Assembly (NCBI RefSeq): GCF_006345805.1
Contig: NC_042998.1
Span: forward strand, 187,984,001-188,048,000
Source of the DNA: Octopus sinensis
Lineage: Eukaryota
DNA length: 64,000 nt
Reading direction: 5' to 3'
Below the pieces are notes generated by a model. The model did no database searches. It was not told where the DNA came from and was given only the letters and a program-made list of their open reading frames with translations. The position numbers and the translations under genes are program-made. Positions 35,701 through 50,500 of the stretch are shown here, one piece after another; position 1 is the first letter of the stretch, and each line of letters starts with the position of its first letter.

Positions 35701-37195
35701 TTAAGTTGATTACATCGACCCCAGTGCGTAACTGGTACTTAATTTATCGACCCCGAAAGAATGAAAGGCAAAGTTGACCTCGGCGGAATTTGAACTCAGG
35801 ACGTAGCAACAGACTAAATACCTATTTCTTTACTACCCACAAGGGGCTTTTACATAATTCCTAACTGTAGCCCAAAGATTGGCCCATCAAAGAAAAAAAT
35901 GTATTTTCCACTAACATAGCACAACACCAAAGATGGAATACACACCATTATATCCTTCATTAGTTAGGATGCTCTCCTCTTTCCAATAAGTCAAGCTGTA
36001 ATTGAGACTGCTGGGTATGATACAGAAAAATTGTCCAAACTGAATGCTCTTTATATTTAGGTGAAGGACCACTTAATAGAAAAATATACAGAAACTTGAG
36101 CTGACACATTAGTACTTGTTAAATACACTCTCAAGGATACATTAGGATTTAGTATTTATTACACATGATAGTGATATGATAACTATTGGCTGTAGTCATG
36201 GAATCATTATTGTATAGTGTATAGTTTTACTACATTACATAAATACTGCTATTTCCATTCTAGCTCTATACTAACAACGCTGTTTTATGACTAATGCACT
36301 TACACTTAGGTAATAGTTTAATATTGTACTTCATTTACTACTTTATTTGTGGAAATCTTTTATTTATTTATTTATTTATTTATTTTTATATTCAGGGAAA
36401 CAAACTTGAAAGTGCGGCAAGCTCTTATTGAGACTGCTGAAATGGGTGATGATCTAGAGCAGTTGTCCAAATTGAATGGTAAATTTTTTAATTGTTATCT
36501 AATGTGAACATTCATCAGGTTTTTTTTTTAATAATTCAGCCTCACAGAAAAACTTCTAGCTTCTCTCTTCCTTTGCTAGGTTCTGTAGTAATAAAATATT
36601 TCTGTGTTTGTCATCAGTGTGATACAGAAATTCAGGCAAAAATTTTTTTGAAATTGGGACAAGCAAACCAAAATCTAACCTTATAATCTGTGCCAGAAAA
36701 ATGTCAAAGGATGGTAAACCTGAAACATGATGTAAAAAAATTCAAGTAAAGGATTCCTCAAAAATACAGATATGCTGACCAGAAAAGTACAACCAAAAAA
36801 GAGCACCATGTCCTAATCCAAGTTATGAATGTGGGGCATACATTTCAGAAAAGACTGTCTATTTAAAAATCAAAAATGTTACAATTGCAAAAGAATTAGT
36901 CACAAGAGTTTACACTGCAGAACAAAATTATGAAGATCAAGCATTAAAAATTCTACAGTGCTCTCAGCAGAAACAAAAGTCAACTCCCAAATAAGAAAGT
37001 TTATACACGTAAAATTTATACATGTATACAGGCGCAGGAGTGGTTGTGTGGTAAGTAGCTTGTTTACCAACCACATGGTTCTGGGTTCAGTCCCACTGCG
37101 TGGCACCTTGGGCAAGTGTCTTCTACTATAGCCTTGGGTCAACCAAAGCCTTGTGAGTGGATTTGGTAGATGGAAACTGAAAGAAGCCCGTCGTA

Positions 37196-37243
<48 letters not shown>

Positions 37244-40200
37244 ATATGCGTGTGTGTGTTTGTCCCCCTAGCATTGCTTGACAACCGATGCTGGTGTGTT
37301 TATTTCCCCGTTACTTAGCGGTTTGGCAAAAGAGACTGATAGAATAAGTACTGGGCTTACAAAAGAATAAGTCTCGGGGTCGAGTTGCTCGATTAAATGT
37401 GGTGCTCCAGCATGGCCGCAGTCAAATGACTGAAACAAGTAAAAGAGTAAAAATGAATGGAATACATATTAAACTTCAATAGGATACTGGAAATGATATT
37501 TCGATAATAAATCTGGACACATGGAAGAAAATAAGGAAACCTATGTTGAGAAAAACAGCAAAATTTGCTTGTAGCATGGCAGGTGACAAATTATATTTCA
37601 TAGGCGAAATGTGGACTAATGTCACATTTTGAGGGAAAACATACAAGGCAAAAGTCATCATTGTTAAAAATGCAATCAGTCTATTTGGTACCAATTGGTT
37701 AGAATTATTCGATTTATGGGTCCTCCCCATAAATCTCTATTGTAAAAACATAAATGGTTGTCCTTCTAATAATAATTCATCTGAAGAGTTAAAGAGAAAA
37801 AAATGTTTCTGCAAGTACTCTCAGACAAACTAGGTCTATGCACAAAGAAGGAAGCATGTTTTGAATTAGATGATAACATTACACCTGTGTTCAAGCCTAA
37901 TAGGATAGTGCCATTTCTGGCAATAAAGCAAGTGGGTGATGAGTTGGACAGATTGGTAAAAACGGAATCATTGAAAGAATCGATTATGTGAAATGGTAAG
38001 CTCCAACTGTATGTATAAAAAAGAAAAATAACAAAATTAAGTTGTGTGCTGATTTTTTTGACTGGTTTAAATGACTGCTTAAAAACGAACCATTATCCAC
38101 TACCAACCCTAGAAGATATTTTTACAAAACTAAATGGAGGAAAAATATTTTCAAAGCTTGATCTGTCTGATGCATATCTACAAATCAAAGTAGATAAAAA
38201 ATGCTCAGAGCTGTTAATAGTCAACATTCACAGAGGTCTATACAAATACAGTACAATACCTTTTGGACTGATGCTAGCACCTGCAATATTGTGGTTGGGA
38301 AGCAAACATCTTGCACCTATGCCTATGAATACATATGAAATTTCAGTTTCATCCTGATAAAGCTGAACTATGACCAAAAACACTCCAATTGTGACCACAA
38401 CAAGTTTTAGTGGGTATATAGGACTATGTGGAGGCGCATGGCTTAGTGGTTAGGGTGTCCGCATCGTGATTGTAAGATTGTGGTTTCGATTCCTGGACTG
38501 TGTGACGCATTGAGTTCTTGAGCAAAACACTCCATTTCATGTTGCTCCAGTTCACTCAGCTGGCAAAAATGAGTAACGCTGCGATGGACTGGCGTCTCGT
38601 CCAGCTGGGGAACTCATGCACCATTGAAACTGGGAAACCGGGCCCATGAACCTGGCTAGGCTTTAAAAGGGTGCATATATAGGACTATATTATTCAATGT
38701 ATCCTTTCCTTATTTAAGACATTAGGGAGTGATTTGAGTGAGATTTGGCTGTTATTTCTAACAGATTGAATGACTATATAGAGGCTCCCTTGTTGACTAT
38801 TTGAGTAATGTGTTAATGTTCATTGTTCTTTGATTATATTTATTACTTGGCTGAATGTTTATATGTGTAGCCAGATGTCAATGCTCCCCTTATTAGTCAT
38901 CTGTTGATACTGCCAGCATATGTTGAGATGTGGCCATCAATTAATACAACTGTTATTATTCATTCTTGAGTAATATGGTAACCTCATAGGCCATTGTTAC
39001 ACATTTTTTTTTTGTTTAGCACTAAATTAATTGATCAAAGGTTTTCCACCTGTGACCATCCAACCAATTTTGGATGGGATATAATGTACCCCAAACAACA
39101 TTAGCCAAAATTTCTTTCCTTTTCTAGGAGATTTGGTTGCTATTTCTGGCAGGTCAGGATTCCATGTAGAAACTTCTCCATTGGTACTTCTTAAAAAGAT
39201 CTTGTTTGCTTTTAGCTCAACATTTGTTGATGTTATAAATCTCTCTATATATAAATGGCAAAATGTCTGTGTGTGTGTGTTCTTTATACAAATCCACAAT
39301 TTTTCAGTTAGAGGGCTCGCACTTTCTATGGTCATTCAAAACCGTCCAAGGGTGGTCGTGCACATCTTTACATTTCCCCGGTCACCTCGCAAAGCCATTA
39401 AAAAATCAGTAGAAGTGACTTTTTTGTGAATTTTCTATCCAAAATCCAATCAAAATGCCCAAAACTTGATACGCCAATTGAATGCCAGCTAGCTGTATGT
39501 GATTGGTCGGAGATTTGGACAGTACTCGCATATATGTGCACACGCACGCAGCTGTATATGCTGGGTCATAGTGCTTAGTATTGGATATTAGCTTAACCCT
39601 TTAGCATTCAAATTAATCCATGAACTATAATGCTTATTTATCCACATTGTTTCATATTAATCATGCATTATCTCATACCTCTGTGATTTTGATGATGTGA
39701 TTGTTTATGTTTACAATGACATTGTAGGGTATGTGTGAGAGGCTAGATCTAACCAGTTTGAATATAAAACAGATCAAATACTTGGGCTGGACATGGCTTG
39801 TTTGAATTCTAAAGGGTTAAGCTTCTGTAGGGTTTTACCTAGGGAAAATATGGTCCGGGAGAGATTTCCAGAAGCTTGTAGTCCTGGGGTAGAATTAATT
39901 TTTTAGATCACTCTTTGGGATATTTTTCACAGTGTTTTACATTTGAGAGCGTCATGGGAGATCATCTGTGGTGAAATCTAGTTGCTGTTGACTAAAAGCT
40001 TTATTTGTGTTTATTCATATTAAGAAGAGTGTTTAATAGGATAGTTTGTTGGCCTATGGTAGATGTAGAGGAAGAGGCTAGCAGACAACTCAAGTTGGTA
40101 GATAACAAGGCCTCTGGTGTAATATGAGAAAAGTCTGAGTGCCAAGAGAAGTGTGCATTGAAGGCACTGAGGATAATGACTTCATGGAGATGTAGGTTCA

Positions 40201-41453
40201 GATAAAGATCCTGAGGGTAGGATATGAAGTTACTGAACATTTGTTCATGGTTAAGATATATTTGACCCTTTCATTACCAATCCGGCCAAAACCGGCTCTG
40301 GCTCTGTAGTACAAATGTCTTGTTTTCATAAGTTTTGCATTAAAATCTTCCACCAAACCTTAGTCGCAGTTTATGTTCCTAACACTAGCTTAATGATAAC
40401 AAAGTTATTTCACTAAATTCTTTGTTATATCTAAAATAATTGAATGAAACAGAGAGCATCTCAAAATAAATACAGTAATGAAAGGGTTAAAGAACAGTAA
40501 AGACAGATGAAGCTAGTGGAATGGGGAAGAGATGCTTTGTTGCTTTGCTCCAGATCAGTTCTGATTATGTAGGCCTATAATCAAAGGCATTTTAATCATG
40601 ACCATTCTGTCCTTTTTTTTGTGTGTATATGTGGGGTGAAGTGGGGAGGAGCATCTGGGACTACATCATCTAATAGGTCTTAAACTGTTTTGAAGAGAAC
40701 TGTGTGTGATTTCTATTTCTAGCATTTAGAGTAATTATGTATAGACTCCTGTGCTGACTCTTGGTATGCTATGCTAGTCAAATATAATAATAATAATAAT
40801 GAAATTATTGTATACAGTGCCCTGGTGCACCACAACTTGTCAAAAGTGCGTATAAAGCATATGCAGTAATGTACAAATGTCTGGAAAGCGAACAGTGTAT
40901 GAGTCAGATACATGCTTGTGTGTGTATGGAGGAAAGAAAATCAGGTGTAGTGTTGGTGAATCTCAGGAAGCATGGAAGTTTTGAAGGATGCAGTGCTCCG
41001 ACAACAAACAACTGATGCCAAATGGGTAAAATTTGGACTGTAGATTTTGTTGTAATTTTATTTCCCAAGTCGAAATAAAAGAGGGAGCTATAGAAATATG
41101 TGAAAGCAATGACATTCAGCATCTTTTGCTATAGGCTGTTGGGTTTATGTTACACATTTGGAAAATCTCTTCTCTTGTTTTGAAAGTGTTATTTTTTATA
41201 TTTCATTTTTTGTATTTGTCTGAATAGTATGGTCTTTAAAAATTTGAATGTATGTATTCTTTTACTCTTTTAGTCATTTGATTGTGGCCATGCTGGAACA
41301 CCACCTTTAGTTGAACAAATCGATCCCAGGACTTATTTTATCAGTCACTAGTACTTACTCTGTCGGTCACTTTTGCTGAACCGCTGAGTTACAGGGACGT
41401 AAACACGTCAACATTTGTTGTCAAGTGATGGTGGCGGGGACAAACACAGACAT

Positions 41454-41500
<47 letters not shown>

Positions 41501-44500
41501 ATATTATATATATAATATATATATACACGACAGGCTTCTTTCAGTTTACATCTACCAAATCCCCTTACAAGGCTTTGGTTGGCCTGAGGATATAGTAGAA
41601 GACACTTGCCTAAGGTGCCACGCAGTGGGACTGAACCTGGGACCATGTGGTTGGAAAGCAAGCTTCTTACCACACAACAGTGTTGTTTCTCTGAATTAGA
41701 TTTTAGTAATTTGCTACCTTTTCAGAATTAGCCACATAGAAACTTTAGAAACTTTAGCTAGTTTGTTGGTAACCCAACACCTAAAATTCAATTCAAAACA
41801 TTTCTGCTTTATTATATTAATTCTTTTTTTTCTTTTTTTATTTTTACATTTGTTTTCCAGTTGAGCTTGTTTGTGAAGCTCCAAATAATCGTTTAAATAA
41901 GTTTCAAGGAACCATGAAGTGGAAAGACCAGAATTTTGCTTTAGACAACAACCACATTCTTTTGAGGGGATGTGTGCTACGTAATACAAGATGGTGTTAT
42001 GGCGTGGTTGTTTTTGCTGGCTGTGATACCAAGCTCATGATGAACAGTGGTAAATCTGTCTTTAAACGCACACACATTGATCGTCTTATGAATGTTCTCA
42101 TTGTAGGGGTAAGTTTGTATTTTATGCCAAACATTGTCTTTATTTTTAATTCTTTTAATCATCATCATCGTTTAATGTCCGCTTTCCATGCTATCATAAG
42201 TTGGACGATTTTGACTGAGGGCTGGCGAACCAGATGGCTGCACCAGGCTCCAATCTTGATCTGGCAGAGTTTCTACAGCTGGATGCCCTTCCTAATGCCA
42301 ACCACTCCGAGAGTGTAATGGGTGCTTTTTACTGGCAGTACTGGCAATGACTTCACTCGAATCTTTTTACACATGCCACCAGCACAGACGCCAGTAAGGC
42401 GACATTGGTAACGATCATGCTTGAATGGTGCCCTTTTACGTGCCACCGGTACAGAAGCCAGTTGGCTGCTCTGGCAACGATCATGCTCGGATGGTGCTCT
42501 TGGCACCCTACTAGCACGGGCACAAATGCCAGTAAGGTGACGCTGGTAATGATCACACTCGAATGGTGCCCTTTTATGTGCCACTGGCATGGAAGCCAGT
42601 TAGCCGCTCTGTCAACGATCACACTCGTATGGGGCTCTTTGCACCCTGCTAGCACGGATGCCAAGATTAATTATAATTATTTTCCATTACTATCATGCTG
42701 CTGACACTCTCTCATTTTTTAATTTTGATTCAGTTATACCGCATTCTTTGCAATATCTAGTTTTTTTTTTATTGCAGAGTGAAAGGGGAGATATTGTGAT
42801 AGAGTGAAAAATGAGGTTTTGTTTTCAGTGGGTTACATGAATCCACGAATTTGAAGAGTTATTTAGCTTAGGTCATCTCTGATTAAGCAGATCAAGCTTT
42901 TGGACTGTGATAATACCATTTACATTAATATACAGAACCTCATTATCCAATGTAACCTTTCTTTTTTAATATGTTCTGTTGTTATTTGAGGGAATTTGGT
43001 TGTTATTTCTAGCAAGATTCAAGTGCATAGAGTCGTCTTCATTGATTCAAAATTTGATAAGTCTGTGTATATTTAAGATTTGTTGCAGTGGCAAATTTTC
43101 TGAAACAGATCCATATTGTTGTGGTGGGTGAGTGAGCAGTTTAGTATAAGCAACAGGCACCAGAACTGTAAAATGCCTGATTTCAGTTACCTTGGATTCA
43201 TCATCATCATCGTTTAACGTCCGCTTTCCATGCTAGCATGGGTTGGACGATTTGACTGAGGACTGGTAAACCAGATGGCTGCACCAGACTCCAATCTTGA
43301 TCTGGCAGAGTTTCTACAGGTAGTGGGTGCTTTTATGTGCCAACGGCACGAGGGCCAGTCAGGCGGTACTGGCAACGGCCACGAAAATATCTTTTTTTTT
43401 TTTCTACATGTTACCTGCACACTGGCACAAGTGCCAGTAAGGCGACGCTGGTAACGATCACACTCGAATGGTGCTTTTTACGTGCCACCAGCACGAACAC
43501 CAGTTAGCCGCTCTGGCAACGATCACGCTTGGATGGTGCTCTTAATGTTCCAATAGCACGGATGCCAGTCATCGAATTTGATTTAGTTTGTTTTAACCAT
43601 TAGGACTGAAGCTATGCTGGAATACTGCAGCCTTCTTTTAGATATATTCTGGAAAAGATTGTGCTTCGATAAGCTTTTGAAGTTTTTGTTGTCGTTGCTT
43701 TTCTTTGTGCGAATTGGTGAATAAAGCTTCTCAGTTAATTGATTTCTTACATATAAGTTGATATGTGAGAGACAACGAAATTGTGTGATATTCAACTTGA
43801 AATAATAATAATAATGATGAACTTATTGGATACAATGCCCAAGTGCTCAATGGCTTGTCAGAAAAGGGTAAAAGATGTGTTGAAGTTTAGGATATCCATT
43901 ATTACTTGAACCCTTTGAAAGCAATAAATTGAGCAAACAAATCCCATTAATGCCAAGTCTCCCACAGATATTTCTAAACTCAGTAAATTCTGTTATTTTA
44001 AAAGAAATTGCTAAAACATTCAGTAAGATCCATTCTGTCTTTTGAATAAAAGGAATGGTACTTCCTTTTGAATATTGTGTTACTAAAATACCAAGACTTC
44101 TCAGAACAGTTTACTTCTCAGGACACAACATCTGACCCTATGCTTCTTACTTGATTCTATTATGGACCCCTCTAGAACCTACTAAAATACAAACTGACTG
44201 GATAAATCATTTTAACAGTGTATCTCATAGTGAATATGGTTATAAATGAAGGCTTGAATTGGGTTAAAGTCCCCTTGAATGGAAAAATGCTAAAGGCTGT
44301 CTGTGGAATTCATACCACACATTTTTGTATCCATGAATGTATAGTTGGAAAAGAGCAACATTTCCAAACTGCTGTACTGTTCTCCATATAGTAAGGCAGT
44401 GCATGCACTGTAGTCTTCCATGATATATGGTACTTGTAGAATAACAGATCTATGGATTATATGTAAAACAATAGATGTGTGATCGTTTGACTGACTACTT

Positions 44501-47500
44501 TTGTGCCATAGGTTATGCTTTATTGGAGTTGACTTGTGGCTAAGTAATAACACTTACACCCACACATTCTCATATATTATGTAAAGCCAAGTCAATATTT
44601 CATTACTCAGTACAGGTCTACTTTGACAGTATTCAAGTGACCCAGCAGACAAATTCCAATTAGCCAGAACCTTTGCTAAGCTATCAGTTTTCCAACCAGT
44701 TAACACCACAAATTTAAGATTATTCAATCTTCTAGAATTGTACTTATTCAACCTGACAACCCTTTTATTCTCATGAATCCCCATTTGAACTGAATTCCCT
44801 TAATTCTACTGATCAAAGTTTGCTATTTCCTTTGCTCCAGTATTCATGTCAATTCTTTCTATTGTAAACAGTTCATAGCTAAATTGGTGACTCCCGAAAT
44901 GTGAAATAATTAAAAGGGGTGATGAGAATAAATTTTGGAAGAATAACTGTGGTACTATCTTATTACCAGTGTAAAATTTATAAGGGAGAAGTGAGGGAGT
45001 ACGCTCTATAAATTTTGGATTAAGCAAAAATTACTAATTTCTTAAATCGTGATACTTCAAATTGTAATCTTGGTTGCTGATGAGATAATAATATACTAAA
45101 AAGCTTTCACTTTCACTTAGCAATACTTTTTAAAACTATTTTATTCTAAACTAGACATATTCTTTGGCTATCTAGGAATATCAGTGACTTAAAATCCCGA
45201 AACTAGTCCGAGCGTATCACTCAGGCTTGCAAGGAAGGGATGGCTTCCTTTTGCAAATACTTCAAGGGCACTGAAATGGTGTCTAAAGCCAGCTGGAGAC
45301 GATGATCTCTTGGGGCTATAAAGCTACAGTAACACCCCCTCCCCTATGTGGTTAGCCATGTTAAGATGGCTTCTATACTTTACATTACCGAGCGATTACT
45401 GTTTTAATCTCATTCTGAGATTTAATAATGCTTACCATTTTTTTGTTATATCATTATGTTATCTAAATATATTAAATGTTTTCTTTATAGATCTTTGGCT
45501 TCCTTATGTCGATGTGTCTCATATGTACAGTTGCATGTGGTGTATGGGAAACTGTTACTGGGTACCGATTTCAAACTTATCTGCCATGGGAAAGATTTGT
45601 TCCAGGATCTACAATTGGGGACAAACAAGATTCAAAGACAAGAGGAGCAACAATAATTGCTGTTTTAGTATTTCTCTCCTATATCATTATTTTAAACACT
45701 GTGGTGCCAATATCACTTTATGTCAGGTAGGTGCCATATGTTTACTTTTATATTTCTCTGTATGTATAAGATGTTCCCTTCTTTAGACAACCCATTTATT
45801 GTCAGATAGACAAAGCAACTGCTTTTCATTTTCTTTGAATCATCAAATTATATTCTGTAGAATTGAATTACATACTGTGAACTAACAAAGCATTCATAGA
45901 TTTTTAAAGTGCAGCTACTTAAATATTGGATACTATTTTCTGTTTTTGAGGGAGTGATCAGAGAATTTCATATCCATGGCAACAATATGTACATAATAAT
46001 AGTCTAACGTATTGGAAGAGGAGAGTTTGGAATGAGTTTTATTGTATGTATATTGTGTATAGAAAGGAGTAAAAATAAACAGAAAATATGGAGATCTTCA
46101 CTGCACTACCACTGGGGGTTGTTGGCAGTATTCTTTACTTGTACTATTACAAGTAAACCACTTGGATTATTGGGTTTGTGGAGTTTTATTAAACAAAGAA
46201 CTTTGCCCAAGGGAATGGCTTAAGCTATCTGCCTAGCTATCTCAGATGAGTCTGTAGTGAGGCAATTTAATGCTACTTTTACTAAGGATTGCCAAAGTGG
46301 GCTACAAGTTGCAGATTGTTCCTTTTCATGATTTCACGCTATTATTGAAAGATAAGAATTGTATTGAATATCATAAAAAATTACTAAGTAAATTAGAACT
46401 AACTTACCAGCAACCTATGTACATCGTCATCATCATTATAACATCCACTTTCCCTTGCATTGAGGCAGATTTTCTATGGCTGGATAGTCTTCTTGTTACC
46501 AACTGACACTTGTTTCTAAGTAAGGTAATATTTCCCTATGGTTGATCGTGTTTCATGGAAGATTGAGACCAAATTACACTGCTTGTATGGTCGTAACACT
46601 CATTTACAACTATCATGTAATGTCAAGAGAAGGAAATAAAAAAAAAACACAAACAACCCTCCCCACTGCAAGCGTATGCACAACTAGCTTTGGTTTCTAT
46701 CTGCTAAATCCACTCTGAAGGCTTTGGTCAACCTGAGGCTATAGTAGAAGGTACTTGTTCGAAGTTCCTTGCAGTGGACTGAATCTAGAACCAGGTAATT
46801 GGGAAATGAGCTTCTTAACCTACATAGCTATATCTGTAAGTGTGTGTGTGTGTGTGTTCATTTTGGACTATTTTCTGAACATTTTGTGCTACTTGTGGAA
46901 TGATCTGGTAACATCATCATCATCGTCATTATCATCATCATTTAACGTCTGCTTTCCATGCTAGCATGGGTTAGACGATTTGACTGAGGTCTTGCGAACC
47001 AGACTCCAATCTGATCTGGCAGAGTTTCTACAGCTGGATGCCCTTCCTAACACCAACCACTCCTAGAGTGTAGTGGGTGCTTTTACGTGCCACCGGCATG
47101 AGGGCCAGTCTGGTGGTACTGGCAATGGCCACTATTTGACATGTTTTGACTGTTTAGCTGATTCAAAGTATTAGCAACGTCATTATTGATAATAACATCT
47201 CTGATGTCATTATTGATAATGATGTTTAAGGCAGCAAACTGGCAGAATAGTTAGCATGCCAGACAAAATACTTAGTGGCATTTCATTCGTCTTTATATTT
47301 TGAGTTCAAAATCTGCTGGGGTCGACTTTGCCTTTCATCCTTTTGGGATTGATAAAATAAGTACCAGTTGAACACTGGGGTCAATGTAGTCAACTTAACA
47401 CCTACTGCTAAATTGCTGGCTTTGTGCCAAAATTTGAAACAATTATTGATAATAATGTCAGGAAAATAAATTCCATGACAACTGCTCCTACGTCAGGGGA

Positions 47501-50500
47501 AGTAACTATTCTCTGCAGCTTTGAAATTTTACATTCACCAGAAATGAGCCTTGTCATCATTGTGTGTGTGTTTTACAATGGCAGCAATTACACAAGTGTG
47601 TATATTGACAAGTAGAATTGTTCATTTTACGTGTCAATTTTTTTTGTCAATTTCCCGATGAGACATGCAAAAAATTGCGTAGTCTATGTATTCTTTATTA
47701 TTTTCTGTTTTCCTTTTTTCTTTTTAATTCAGTGTGGAGATGATCCGATTTGCTCACAGTTTAATGATCAATTGGGATGTAAAGATGTATTATGAGAAAG
47801 CTGACACACCAGCTAAATGTCGCACAACAACTCTGAATGAAGAACTTGGTCAGATTGAGTATATCTTTTCTGATAAAACAGGTACACTAACCCAGGTGAG
47901 TAACAAAATAGCAGGAATATTGTTGATTTCTTTTTTTCAAATGCAATGTTTGTGCAGGCTGGTCATACTTTAATAAAACAAAAATACAAGGATTCAGATC
48001 ATACAGTGAATTTTTGAAACCTCATGTTATCTATTTTTCATTGTATTTAAATCACGATAAGGGTGAAAAAAATTGAATATTAATTAATAACATCAATTTA
48101 AAACACCAAGTGGCCTAGCGAAAAAAACTGGGATGCAGTAAAAATTATTAATACAAGTAATAAGAGAGAGACCACATGTGGTCACTCTAACGTTATTTTT
48201 CATTTGTCCTGCCCGATTATATTCTTGGCGTGTTGAATTAATGCTTGAGAAGAATTTTTTAGTGGTGGATTCCCTTTGCGGATCTATTTCTAGCGTTAGA
48301 GTGACCACATGTGGTCTCTCTCTTATTACTTGTATTTTTCATTGTAGGTAAGAAACAGCGGTCACTTTTTTATAGTCAAATATTCTTTTCTACTCTAGGC
48401 ACAAGGTCTGAAATTTTTGGAGAGGGGGACAGTCGATTAGATCGACTGCAGTATGCAAACTGGTACTTAGTTTATTTGACCCCAAAAGGATGAAAGGCAA
48501 AGTTGACTTTGGCAGAATTTGAACTCAGAACATAGACAGACAAAATGCCACTAAACATTTTGTCTGGTGTGCTAACGTTTTTGCCAACTCGCCGCCTTTT
48601 ATAGTCAAATATTAAGAATTAGTGTGTCTACTAAATTTTAGTTCCTGTAAACTATGCTAGCATTTAATTTCAAATTGTTTTCAATTTTGCAAAAATCAAG
48701 GGAAAATGACTGTGTAATACTACAGTTTTAATCCCAGTCAAACATTGGGAAAAGGCAAAATAAAATGATAATGAATTTTAGTGTAGTTACTGTAATATAG
48801 TCTTATATAAGTCATTTTATTTTAGCCACAAATATTTCTGTGTTAAGTATTGTGCATAGACATATATCATCACTTTTACATACACACATACATATTTGTG
48901 CATTACTATGTTTAAAAGAAAGGTAAAGGAACTTTAATATTTCTCAAATTATCTCTAAGCTGAGTAAAGAAGTTATGAAATAAAACACTGCACATATTTT
49001 TATCAAACTGTGTCCAGTTTTCCCTCATTGATCTTTATTGTTTTCTTATATTTTCTTATTGTTATTAGAACATCATGACCTTCAACAAATGTTCCATTGA
49101 TGGAAAATATTACGGGGATTATGTCAATGAACCTGGTAAAAATCTTGATGTGGGTGAGGTAAGTTATATTCAGTTTCTTTGAGAAATAATTATTGAGAAA
49201 CATTTGGTGACAAGTCTAAGCAATTAAAGTAAATTTTAATACATTATTTGCACAAATAGATAATAATTATAATACAAACATTGAAATTTTATTATGAAAA
49301 TGATTCTTTAAAAATGTAAAATCTATTATCATTGGATAAGGAACTTATGTGTGATGAGTTATACTTTTATTGAGTTATGATCAGAGAATGTCTGATAATA
49401 TATATATATATATATATATCCTCTGTTTAGTTCTTATGCAAAGAAAATCATCATTCATCATTTAACGTCCACTTTCCATGCTAGCATGAGTTGGATGATT
49501 TGACTGAGGTCTGGCGAACCAAACTTCAATCTGATCTGGCAGAGTTTCTACAGCTGGATGCCCTTCCTAATGCCAACCACTCCGAGAGTGTAGTGGGTGC
49601 TTTTACGTGCCACCGGCACGAGGGCCAGTTTGGTGGAACTGGCAACGTCCACGTCCAAATGGTGCTTTTTATGTGCCACCTACACAGGAGCCAGTCCAGC
49701 AACACTGATGATGACTTTGCAAAAACCTATATTAAAGGAAATCAGAGTGTGGAAGAAAGACATTTGGTATGATGTAAATAGGTATTTCTTGAGCTAGACA
49801 TTCACTTTAAGTGGAGAAGCATTGATATAGTCCATGAGAAATTCGTTAAGAAATAGAAGAGAATAAAGAGAGAAAAGCAACAGACAAAATATCTATTTGT
49901 ATATCCATATACTGAACTTCAGTCTATGTCTATCATGTAATTTGCGTATATGCCATTTAATCTAGTGGTTTACTGAGAACCATTCTTTCATTTCCAGAGA
50001 GGCCCAAGAATTGATCTATCACAGAACCAATATGCCGAGAAATCCTTCATGTTTAGTGATTACCGTCTCATTGAAGAGATACGCAGGAACAACCCCAAAG
50101 TTTGGCGGTTTTTCAGGCTATTGGCACTATGTCACACTGTGATGCCAGAAATGAAAGAAACTGGTTAGTAATTAGTTAAATTTTTATTTACTTACTTATT
50201 AAAACTTTTGATGTTGAAATGTAATTTTCTTCCAAAGATGTAGCATTTAAGATATATAACTTATGATTTAGTATTTCTAGATTCTTCTGTCTTATAGAGC
50301 CCAATGATATTGATATTAGAAATGGTAATTTGCATTCCATGAAGCAAAATAAATCTTCATATTCTGCAAGTTATATTGCTGTGTATATTTGACCTAGACA
50401 ACTTGATAGATAAACTGCTTTGTAGTGAGTTATGTCCCTTCACATTTTGAGTTAAAATCCATGGCAGTCAGCTTTGTACTTCATCTTGTCAGATTTTATA

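Noticed and set aside
38429-38500. tRNA-like sequences at SINE heads (also 4972, 37029, 54376)
   Set aside because: They continue into SINE bodies and do not form complete cloverleafs, so they are not tRNA genes.
42360-42663. Regularly spaced repeats resembling a CRISPR array
   Set aside because: The spacers are themselves repeated, the context is a eukaryotic intron and there are no cas genes.
44448-44615. Possible decayed duplicate of the TM3-TM4 exon ([26 protein letters not shown])
   Set aside because: Several stops, ~70 nt shorter than the real exon and a weak donor. Cannot be distinguished from chance or transposon debris without an alignment.
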